Source: Schmidtea polychroa (Eukaryota). From it: a stretch of 64,000 bases of DNA. Under the pieces are notes generated by a model that was not told the DNA's origin, did no database searches, and saw only the letters and a program-made list of their open reading frames with translations. Numbering within the stretch: the first letter of the stretch is position 1; each line of letters starts with the position of its first letter. Shown piece by piece: positions 1-11,380 of this stretch. Location of the stretch: positions 18,230,001-18,294,000 of the forward strand of contig CM097885.1 of the NCBI GenBank assembly GCA_044892525.1, given 5' to 3'. The position numbers and the translations under genes are program-made.

Positions 1-826
1 CTTTGGCTAAGAGCCCAACCATACAGATTATTTATATCAATATACAATAATTCTGTATCATCTGAAGCAGCCGTGTATTGTTTGTTAACCCACCCCGTAT
101 TTCTCCCTCGTAAAAATTGAACATTTCCATGTCCTGTAAAAGTTCTATGGGTTCCGTTAATGTCAGAAGCGCTGAGGCCCATGACATACCGGGAATTCCA
201 TAGAAATTTAAAGGTTCCAATCCATTGTATGCAATGACATTGGCCCGGAATTGTTGAAAGTAATCAGCGAGTAGGAATACATCGAGTTTGAGGTAGGTTA
301 ACATATAGTCACGCAAATTTATACAGTTTTGCTGCGTCCAGATTAGTTGTGCCTTAGCGTACTCATCTTCGCTAACACCAGACCAAATAGGAGGTAGTTC
401 ATATGTAGTCTCAAGAACATCAAACGAGGTAGCAAAATCATACGGAAAAATACCTTTACAGTTAACTATAGTACCTTGAAAGACAGACGAAGTTAAAGGA
501 AGAGAAGTTAGTGTTTTCACAGCCTTAGCTAAAGAGCAATTAACAAATTGCATTGAATCTATAAATCTCACAGCCAATTTATTAATATGTACAATTAACG
601 AAATAAATTTTTCGGTTGAGGTAGGAATTATGTTCAATTCCCAAGATGGAAAGCCATTGAGACCGTGTTTTAAAATATGGTGGGGGTCATAACCTCGTAA
701 ATTATGAAAGACAATAGGTAGTAGACGATAAATTCGACGAGCAACATTACATTTTCGGCAAGATGCCCCTAGATATTTACCAGAGAAATGACAGTGGTCT
801 CTTACGGGATTTACTATAGGTTTTTT

Positions 827-938
827 GAAACCATGTCATCTGCGCGGACGTCAATTGCGCGGGTCCAACTGCGCGGACGTCAATTATTATTATTATTATT
901 ATTAATATTATTAATATTGTTATTATTAATATTATTAA

Positions 939-1027
<89 letters not shown>

Positions 1028-1215
1028 GTAGTATTAATCTATATACTCCGAGTCTATCCGACAAAATATTTTGTCCCCCTATGGGTAATGCTCACAAGGG
1101 TACTGCTCAAGCTCAACAACTCACAAGGGTATTATTAAACAATTGACTACCCGCGCAATGGCCTACCGCGCAGTTGGACCCGCGCAATTGGCGTCCGCGC
1201 AATTGACGTGCTACG
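827..1215. mobile_element. Mutator-like MITE inserted into the PolB gene
   Basis: Imperfect GC-rich TIRs built of TGCGCGG/CCGCGCA units (831-885 vs 1141-1213). Flanked by AGGTTTTTT (818-826) and AGGTTTTT (1216-1223). Removing it and keeping the 9-bp copy restores the frame CYFCKKPIVNPVRDHCH. Confidence 0.75.
884..1035. repeat. (TTA)n microsatellite
   Basis: Seen directly; source of the poly-I/poly-L ORFs. Confidence 0.97.
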
Positions 1216-3356
1216 AGGTTTTTACAGAAGTAGCAATTTCGACAAGATTTAAACTGACGTTCCTCAATGAAAGACATCGGTCCTATCAACTTATTACCTT
1301 CCATATCATAATACGGTATCACAACAGTAGTAGCAATTTCCTTAACTTTTTTAAGAAAATCAGTAATACAGTCAAGGCCATAAAATTCAAAATATTGTTT
1401 AGTATTTTTATAATTATTTATTAATAAAAGGCCTGCTGAACTAGGCATATGAATTTGATGATGACGAACATCAGGGGGTAAAGCCGACTCAAAATCGGCA
1501 TAAATTACAAAAGGTGGTGTTATTGTTTTTGAAAAATTTTGAAATTCGAGATTTTTATTTGAGGGTAAAGTGTAAAGAGTTGTACCTGTCTGATTTTTGG
1601 CACATAATGCGACATGAATATTAAACGCGTTATCTAATCGGAACCCGTTAAGACAGTGTGGGCACCATTGACATCTTATTTGAACGTTACAGTCCGGGTT
1701 CCGATGGCAGTTCATTAGTCTATTGATATTGGTCAGAGCAGTATAATGATATCGATCCTTATTTTCTAATAATAACAAATAAATTGGGTTTCCGTCAGTG
1801 ACCTTAGATCGATGGATAAGACTTAAATCAGGATGTTGAAAGACATAATTATCAGGGGTTTCATCGTCATCAATTATTATAGTTGGAGTGTATGAAAGCA
1901 CATTAATGGCTAATTTTAAATTTATGTTTTTCTTTTCAAATTTAGGAATGTTGATTAATTTCATGGGACAATCCGTGACTTCGTCATATTTTAATTCACT
2001 CAAAAATTCAGTATATTTAGATACTCTTTGAGGATTTTCACCTATTTGATCTTTCTTTAATAAGTAAAGAATGGAATACAGAAAGCATTTATCGTCGCTA
2101 TTTTTGTTGTTAAGTATAGCTTTCTTATTTTTCAATTCAGAAGGGGTTTTAATATATTGATGTCCTGCCAAGCGACTAATTGGTTCATATTTAGTGATAA
2201 TAAAATGTATCTCAAGAATGTTGATAACGCGCCATCCACTGCCTAAATAAGTAAATTGTTCTATTTTTTCATTAAGTTTATGAACCCCTTCGTTTAAAAA
2301 GTCATCAGAAAATGTCGTTGCATTATTAGAAAAGTAATTGTCACGGATTTCACCATCTTTTTCAAATCGAATTAATATCGCAAATTGAATTTTGACGCTC
2401 CCCATTTTATTAATTTCTTTTATTAATTTAGTTTTGATTTTATCAGTTAAAATTATTTTAATTAATTGCGCATCTGATACATCAAAACGTAAAGTCTTGA
2501 TAGCGCCATTTAAATTTATTGTGATTAAGGGTTCATTCTCTAAGGAAGAACCTCCAAATTGAATCAACTCATTATTTATAATATCTACATTATTTATAAT
2601 AGGTATAATTTCATTATCTACAATATTTTCATTATTTATAATAGGTATAATAGGTATAATAGGTACAATTTCATTATTTATAATAGGTATAATTTCGTTA
2701 TTTACAATAGGTATAATTTCATTATTTACAATATTTATAGAGTCATCATCATCACTGATTTCGATGACTTCCTTTTTAATAATTTTATTAGGTATATTAT
2801 TTTCTTTATTTTCAGCAGGTCTTTTATTTTTTGATGTTTTATTTTGTATAATATTTAAAATATCACAGTTATTTTTATTAATTTCCCTAAATAGGTCTTT
2901 TTTATTTACTTTAAAAGAATTTAAATGATTTGAATGTTGTTTAAAAAATTCTTTATATCTAACGCTCTGGGAAGTTTTGCATATGGGGCATATAAAAAAG
3001 TTGATGCCATTAAATTTATGCATGTAATATTTTTTCATGTTTTTATAGCATGAAATACCATGACCGATTGACGACATGCAATATCTTGGGAAAAAAGAAC
3101 CTGATAAAAAAATTATATAAATTAATTTTTAAAAATTAATTCATTAACATATAAATAATATTAAAAAATCAAATATCGCAATGTCGATATTTTGATGTTA
3201 TTATCATTCATTATTATACAAGTCTTTGTAATGAAAACTTGTATAATAATAAATGTTAATACTTAACTATTTAAGGTCATGACTTTGTTATAACTTGCAC
3301 GTGTATTGGATGAGCACTGCATTTTCAGCATAATATTTTCTTCATTTTCCTCATTT

Positions 3357-3435
<79 letters not shown>

Positions 3436-3552
3436 GATAGAGATGTATCTGCATGCTGACTGCAGACTACAAGGTATATTAATATATATTATCATTATTA
3501 ATATTATTATTTAAACTAATGTAGATGCTCATTGCAAACTACAAGGAATAAA

Positions 3553-4209
3553 GGCATAATCCTATTATAAACTGTTTAATTAAAAACAAACTGTTTTATT
3601 TAAAACAAACTGTTTTAATATTTATTGCAAATTATAATACAAATTATAAATTATAATACACAAGTAATAACCTAAATATAATACAATTCACGAAGATCTT
3701 TACATTTTTCGACCAATGTATTTTTATTTAAAGTCAAATCATTAGAAATTTCATCTTGTTGTTGATTTTTTGACCAAAAAAATATAGTCATCAACAAATC
3801 TTTTAGCGGTAACTTGCTATCGAAAAATATTGAGTCGAATCGCACAGAAGTTGATTTTCGGCATGGGAGTGTGCAGCTCCACACATAACCATCAACTAGC
3901 CTTTTCGCTTTTACTAACTTCATGTGTGCATTGCACATTTCACAATCCATGGTATTTTTAATAAGTCCTAAGCTAGCCACAAATTCTAATACTTCAAGTT
4001 TGGATTTTTTCAAGTCATCATAAAGACTGTCGGATTTAAATCTGGTTGCAATTAGCTCTTCATCGTTGTATATTAATTCCGTAAGTTTTGTTATATTTTG
4101 GATTCGCGGCATTTTTATTTTAAATAAATAATTTGGTTAAATATTTAAACAGTGTATTTTAATTAAAACAGTTTGTTTTTAATTAAACAGTGTGTAATAG
4201 GATTATTCC
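3553..4209 (-). mobile_element. Internally deleted Merlin/IS1016(ISXO2)-like DNA transposon
   Basis: About 65-bp TIRs (GGCATAATCCTATTA...AAACTGTTTAATTAAAAACAAACTG vs 4140-4209). ORF 3672-4112 has the N-terminal CEMC...DGYVWSC..PCRKSTSVRFDSIF.DSKL pattern. No TSD found. Confidence 0.75.
3672..4112 (-). pseudogene. Truncated Merlin-type transposase N-terminus (146 aa)
   Basis: Zn-ribbon CxxC...WxC...C and SIFFDSKLPL motif; the DDE domain is missing. Confidence 0.72.
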
Positions 4210-4639
4210 TCATGAAGAATAGCAAATGGAGAAGTACTGAAATGAGTCAAATGACTAACAGTGAATGTGACTGTTACAAAAAAAGCGAAAAAACACCTGT
4301 TATATTATTTCTTAAGCGTTATACTATTTACAATTTTATAATCTCCCAGGTTCGAGGTTGCGGGAGTTGCCAACCCTAATTAATATCCAAAACAATATCA
4401 ATGCTTATATTTCACTTTTGCAATTATTTAACCCAAAGTGTTAATAACTAGGTTAGTAATTATTTTATGGATTAAAAACAAATTAAAATAAAAAAAAACT
4501 GTAAATAATTTATTTATGTTTAAATAACTAAAAATCATTATTGATAAAAGTTTTGTTTTAATAAATGAAGAAACAAATATTAATTATTTTTATAATTCAA
4601 AAATTCGAAATTTAAGAAAATGATTATCTATTATCTTTT

Positions 4640-4909
4640 TAACTATTATCTTTTCTGACACATATTCTACCAGCTTTATCTCGTAGACACATAATGGTTA
4701 GATCAATTACGACTTCTTTTATCAATTCGGGTATTTAATCCATTCCGATTATACAAGGCACAATTAATTTTGGCATTACTGCTAGGTAAATGTCGATTTT
4801 GTTATTTTGATATTTCAACGTTCTCCACCATCTTTCTACAACATCCACTGTTTCTCTAATACAAGCGATGATGTGTTTCAGTTTCATGGTTGTTTTGATT
4901 TCTTTCCAT
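4640..4909 (-). pseudogene. LTR-retrotransposon aspartic protease C-terminal relic
   Basis: Manual translation gives ...KIDIYLAVMPKLIVPCIIGMD*, matching the retropepsin-like IIGMD motif. Confidence 0.5.
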
Positions 4910-5169
4910 CAGAGCCGTAGCTAGGGAAAATGGCGCCCGGGCGAGATTGAAATTTGGCGTCCCTGGTGCCAAAAGAATCCACCACTCCCATTAATTATGT
5001 ACTTACAGGAATGGAATTGATCTTAAAGAGTTAAATTAAGATGCAAAGCTATACAATGCTTAACCAAACTTATATTATAGTAGGTAGATAGTGGCTTACG
5101 GCAACAATTACCCCCCCCGGGGGGGGGGGGGGTTGTTGCAACTTTTTTTTGTTGCAACTTTTGATTACG

Positions 5170-5605
5170 CAATTTTTCACACTATAGTGAGGGGGTCTCG
5201 ATGGTCCTGGGATTTTCAATGCAAAAAAAATTTTTCTATACAAAAACGATGGTCCTGGGATTTGCAATACAAAAAAAATTTTTCTATACAAAAATCCGAC
5301 TACCACTAAAAAAGCATGGAATTTTCACACTATAGTGAGGGGGTCTCGATGGTCCTGGGATTTTCAATACAAATAAAATTTTTTCTATACAAAAACGATG
5401 GTCCTGGGATTTTCAATACAAATAAAATTTTTTCAATACAAAAAGGCGGTCTTCAATAAAAAAGCATGGAATTTTCATACTATAGTGAGGGGGTCTCGAT
5501 GGTCCGGGGATTTTCAATACAAAATTTTTTCAATACAAAAAGGCGGTCTTCAATAAAAAAGCATGGATTTTTCACACTATAGTGAGGGGGTCTCGATGGT
5601 CCTGA
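5170..5605. repeat. Subterminal 100-150 bp tandem units with the palindrome CACTATAGTG plus AGGGGGTCTCGATGGTCC (4 copies; 2 in the right arm at about 21380-21515)
   Basis: Seen directly. Confidence 0.9.
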
Positions 5606-5640
5606 GAAATAGGTGGTCTACACTAGAAAACGTGGTAAAT

Positions 5641-6770
5641 TTTTCAATTAAAGTAAATAATGGTTCTAAAAAATTAAATTATAGTAAATTATGGCTCAAA
5701 TTTTTAAATTACAGTAAATTATGGTCCTAAAAATTAAATTACAGTAAATTATGGTCCAAATTTTTAAATTAAAGTAAATTATGGTCCTAAAAAATAAATT
5801 ACAGTAAATTATGGCTCAAATTTTTAAATTACAGTAAATTATGGTCCAAATTTTTAAATTAAAGTAAATTATGGTTCTAAAAATTAAATTAAAGTAAATT
5901 ATGGCTCAAATTTTTAAATTACAGTAAATAATGGTTCTAAAAATTGAATTACAGTAAATAATGGTTCTAAAAATTAAATTAAAGTAAATTATGGTTCTAA
6001 AATATTAAATTAAAGTAAATTATGGTTCTAAAATATTAAATTAAAGTAAATAATGGTCCAGATTTTTCAATTAAAGTAAATAATGGTCCAAATTTTAAAA
6101 TTAAAGTAAATTATGGTCCTAAAAAATTAAATTACAGTAAATTATGGTCCAAATTTTTCTATTACAGTTAATTATGGTCCTAAAAAATTAAATTACAGTA
6201 AATTATGGTCCAAATTTTTCTATTACAGTTAATTATGGTCCTAAAAAATTAAATTAAAGTAAATTATGGCTCAAATTTTTCAATTACAGTAAATAATGGT
6301 TCTAAAAATTGAAATTACAGTAAATTATGGTCTAAAAATTGAAATTACAGTAAATTATGGTCTAAAAATTAAATTACAGTAAATTATGGTTCTAAAAATT
6401 AAATTAAAGTAAATAATGGTTCTAAAAATTTAATTAAAGTAAATTATGGTTCTAAAAATTAAATTAAAGTAAATTATGGTCCTAAAAAATTAAATTACAG
6501 TAAATAATGGTTCTAAAAATTGAATTAAAGTAAATTATGGTTCTAAAAATTGAAATTACAGTAAATTATGGTCTAAAAATTGAAATTACAGTAAATTATG
6601 GTCTAAAAATTAAATTACAGTAAATTATGGTTCTAAAAATTAAATTAAAGTAAATAATGGTTCTAAAAATTGAATTAAAGTAAATTATGGTTCTAAAAAT
6701 TAAATTAAAGTAAATTATGGTCCTAAAAAATTAAATTACAGTAAATAATGGTCCAAATTTTTAAATTAAG
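5641..6770. repeat. About 30-bp minisatellite (AAATTAAATTACAGTAAATTATGGTTCTAA), roughly 37 units
   Basis: Seen directly; the mirrored, shorter array is at about 20550-21345. Confidence 0.95.
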
Positions 6771-7189
6771 TAATCAATGGTAAAAAATTTTAAATAAGTA
6801 AATTAAAGTAATAATTTTTAAATAAGTAAATTAAAGTAATGTAATAAGTAAATTAAAGTAAGATTTTAAAATTTAATTACAAAATAATAGAAGGTGTTTG
6901 AGAATTGAAATTTTTTAATGAAAATTTTTATGAAATAATTTTTAAGTAATTTTTAATAGAAATTTTAATGAAATATTTTTCAATGGTAATTTTTAATGGA
7001 AATTTTTATGGAATAATTTTTTAAGTAATTTTTAATGGAAATTTTTATGAAATATTTTTCAATGATAATTTTAGATGGAAATTTTTATGAAATATTTTTC
7101 AATGATAATTTTAGATGGAAATTTTTAAGATAATTTTTAATGAAAATTTTTATGAAATATTTTTCAAAGACAAATTTTAATAATAATTC

Positions 7190-8640
7190 AACAACAAACC
7201 AACAACTTAGTACCAACAACCAGTAACTTATGAACATGTATTAACAACCAGATACCTACAACTAGTTACTAACAACCAGTTACCTGATACCATATACCTA
7301 CAACTAGATACCTACAACTAGTTACCTGATACCAACTACTAACAACCACCTACCCATTAACTAGCTACAACCAGCTAACTACTAGATACCACGTACTAAA
7401 TAACTCTCAAACAACCAAGTACTTACAACTAATTACCAGATACCAAGTACTATCAACCAGCTTACAACCTGATACCAACAACTAACAACCAACTACCAAG
7501 TACTTACAACTAGATACTAACAACCAGTTACCTGATACCAAGTACTCACAACCAACAACAACCAGGTACTAAGCATTATTAACCAACTACTAAGTACCTA
7601 CAACCAACCACCTACCAAGTACTAACAACCAACATCAACCAGGTACTAAGCATTAATTACCAACTACCAAGTACCTACCAAGTACCTACAACCACCTAAC
7701 AAGTACTAACAACCAGCTAACAACTAACAACTAGATACCAAGTACTCACAACCAACAACAACCAGGTACTAAGCATTATTAACCAACTACTAAGTACCTA
7801 CAACCAACCACCTACCAAGTACTAACAACCAACAACAACCAACTACTAAGTACCTACAACCAACTAAATACTAAGTACTAACAACCAACCAACTAGGTAC
7901 TAGATACTAAGTACTAACTACCAGCTAACAACTAGCTACCAAGTACTCACAACCAGATAACAACTAACAACCAGATACCAAGTACTTACAACTAGTTACT
8001 AACAACTAGCTACCACCTAACAAGTACTAACAACCAACATCAACCAGGTACTAAGCATTATCAACCAAGTACTAACAACTAGATACCTAGTTACTAACAA
8101 CCCGCTAACAACTAACAACTAGATACCAAGTACCAGTAAATTACGAACATGTATTAACAACCAGATACCTACAACTAGTTACTAACAACTAGTTACCTGA
8201 TAGCAACCAACTAGCTACCAACTACTAAGTACCTACAACTAACATCAACCAGGTACTAAGCATTAATTACCAACTACTAAGTACCTACAACCAACTAACA
8301 ACCACCTACCAAGTACTAAGCATTATCAACCAACTACTAAGTACCTACAACCAACTAGCTACCACCTACCAAGTACTAACAACCAGTTACCAACTACTAA
8401 GCATTAATTACCTACAACTAGTTACTAACAACTAGATACCAAGTACATACAACCAACTAGCTACCAACTACCAAGTACTAACAACCAGTTACCAACTACT
8501 AAGCATTAATTACCTACAACTAGTTACTAACAACTAGATACCAAGTACATACAACCAACATCAACCAGGTACTAGATACCAAGTACTAACAACCAAGTAA
8601 CTTACCTAGTAATAAGCACTGTCAACTAGATACCAAACAC
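7190..8640. repeat. Strand-skewed complex minisatellite (ACCAAGTACT / AACAACCA / ACTAGATACC words)
   Basis: A/C-rich, G-poor on +; mirrored at about 18670-20130. Confidence 0.9.
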
Positions 8641-8952
8641 TTACAAGCAGATGACCACATGAAATTATTGGTTAAATATGAAAATAAGGGTTATAATTAG
8701 TTGTTTAGTAAATTATGGTGTATAATTAAGTAATAAAGAATAATTAGGTAAATTAAAGTAATAATTTTTAAAAAAGTAAATTAAGGTTCAAATTTTAAAT
8801 TAAATAAGTAAATTAAAGTAATAATTTTTAAATAATTAATGTACTAAGTAAATTAAACTAAGATTTTTAAATTTATTATAAAAAGATTGAATAACCACCA
8901 ACTTTTTTGAGAAATGTAATTTATAATGGAAATTTAAATGGAAATTTAAATG

Positions 8953-9004
<52 letters not shown>

Positions 9005-11134
9005 TCAACAGTTACCAACAATCGGTTACTGATTATTTTTTAACTAGGTGCTAACAAATACTTACAACATGATACCACGTACTAACTAACTCTCAAACAA
9101 TCAGATACTTACAACTAGCTACTAAATATTCTTCACTGTATTTTATGAAATGCTTTTTAAATTAATTTTTTATCTATCTTCAAAAATATATTTAATTACA
9201 ATCATTAGAAAAACCTTTTCAAATTTAACAAAAATGATGATTTTCATCAAAAAACCACAACTCATCACCACGTGGAATTCAAAATAATTACAATGAAAGA
9301 CTAATGAATTCTAATTTACAAAACATTCTTCTTTTAAATGATAACTACTGACTTATTATTGCAATGTAAAAATCGCATTCAATAAATACTTATTGTTGAT
9401 CGGTTTTATTATATATACTCTGAGTTTATCCGACAGGATGTTTTGACCCCCTAAGGGTACAGGTCGTAAGGGTACTGGTCGTAAGGGTACTGGTCGTAAG
9501 GGTATTAGTCGTAAGGGTACTGGTCGTAAAGGTACTAGTCGTAGGGGTATTGATCACTCTTAATCCCCACCTACTCATTAATTAGCTACCATGTACTAAC
9601 CACTAGGTTTCAAACAACTAAATACTAAACACTTACAACCATGTACTAACAACCACCATCAAAACCCATCGAGAAATTAACAAATATCAACCTACAACTA
9701 GATACTTACAACCAGATACCTGCTACCAAGTACTTACAACAAGATACCAAGTACCAACAATCAACTAACCACACATAAAAATAATAGCAATTAAATACAA
9801 AATATTCTTCATCGCATACACTATTTTCTTATCAAAATCTAAAAAGTCAATCAGATACCAACTACCAAGTACCAAGTACTAACAACCAACTACCTAGAAC
9901 CAACAACTATGTACTAACAAATTGATCTTTAAAAGCAAATACTCTTCACTTGAAAAATTGGATGAAAAATTATTTGAACTCAAGGCATCAATAACTTGGT
10001 AAAAATTGATTAAATAATTGTAAAAATTTAAATTATTCAAAATAAATATCATAAAAATTTAATTAATGGACAAGAAAAAATTCTAATCATCCAATAAATA
10101 AAAAAAAATGCTGATCATTATCAAAGTCAGCAATCTACAATAAAAATAATTATCATTAAATTCCAAAAGAGACTAGATAACTAATGATAACATCTAACAA
10201 ACCAGTAAATTCATTCAAATGACAATAATTGGTATATCCAAGTGAATTCTCCAATAAAATCATCTAAAAAGCATCATTTTCTCCCTAAATATATCAATAT
10301 TTAAAGATTGGTATTTTAATGATAAGTACTTGTTAAAGATCATATATTCTCCTCAAACTAACAAGATTCCTTAAAATCCCCTTAAATGACTATATTTCAA
10401 CCCTTAATTCGTATTATTACAAATATTTCACTAAAATCATCTAAAAAGCATCAAATTTCCCTGAAATAACTATCTTTAAAGATTAGTATTTTATCGATAA
10501 ATATCCTTAAAAGGTTATATATTTACCTCAGACTAATAAGATTGCTTAAAATCCCCTTTAAATGACTTTAATTCCTATTATCACGAATATTATAAAACAT
10601 GTAAAATAATTTGGTCATTAACCCTAAATAATTGATAAAATCTAATGATAAAACCGGTTATAATTAAATTTTTGTTAATCACTGTACTCGAAATTTAAAA
10701 TAAATATAACTGACTAGGTCCCATTAAAAGATTAAATTTATCCATTCAATAAAATATATTTCTTCAAATGATCATTTTACCGATATTCAATCGATTTAAT
10801 TACTAATTAAAATCAATCGATAGATTTCTTTCAATAAAGATCAATTTTATTTAGTCGATGTTTTAAGTCCATATTTCTAAACTTTTGTCATTCTCCGTCT
10901 AAATAAAGATAAAAATAATTTAAAGTTGATATCAATCCCAATTATCTGTAAAGTTTTCATTGTCAAAACCAAGTAAATCGATCATTATCCTTACTTAATA
11001 ATCCATAAATCTAAATTAATATACAATGGATTAATCACAACCTAATAAAACGATATAATTATTATTGATTCATAACTGACTAATGTATTGCAATTTCCTT
11101 AAAAAACATTGATATTTTACCAACATCACCCTTA

Positions 11135-11380
11135 AAAAATCATATATTCCCATCGAAACCCTTCCCTCATTAAAAGCAATCGACTATATCCCCCTTACAA
11201 TCATATATTCCCATCTTAACCCATCCCTCATTAAATTCAATCGACTATATCTCCCTTACAATGATATATTCCCATCTTAACCCATCTCACATTAAATCTA
11301 ACCGACTATATCCCCTTAAAAGATCATATTTTCCCCATCTTAACCGATCACTCATTAAATCTCACCGACAATATCCCATC
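11135..11380. repeat. About 60-bp tandem repeat, roughly 4 units
   Basis: ATCATATATTCCCATCTTAACCCATCCCTCATTAAA...CGACTATATCCCCCTTA repeated; mirrored at about 15925-16170. Confidence 0.85.

Larger units (their letters stand above)
1..3077 (-). pseudogene. Protein-primed family B DNA polymerase of a Polinton/Maverick/adintovirus-like element; disrupted and running off the left edge
   Basis: ORF 1113-3077 has KKAILNNKNSDDKCFLYSIL, HYTALTNINRL, CPHCLNGF and ExoI PFVIYADFES. After the MITE the frame resumes as VRDHCHFSGKYLGASCRKCN...FHNLRGYD (ExoII). ORF 32-637 has YLKLDVFLLAD (ExoIII) and EIRGG. A frameshifted LLYIDINNLYGWALSQ (motif A) lies at about 4-55. Confidence 0.92.

Noticed and set aside
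777..1138. Poly-Ile and poly-Leu ORFs (also poly-N, poly-L and YIYI ORFs elsewhere)
   Set aside because: Translations of (TTA)n or (TA)n microsatellites.
3209..3250. Hairpin ATTATTATACAAGT...ACTTGTATAATAAT upstream of PolB as a terminator or origin
   Set aside because: A real inverted repeat, but short and AT-rich with no independent support.
5178..5200. CACTATAG resembling T7/SP6 promoter ends (vector contamination)
   Set aside because: Only the 8-10 bp palindrome matches; the upstream promoter bases are absent and it is part of a tandem unit.
5641..6770. About 30-bp repeats as a CRISPR array
   Set aside because: Head-to-tail units with no unique spacers, no cas genes, eukaryotic context.
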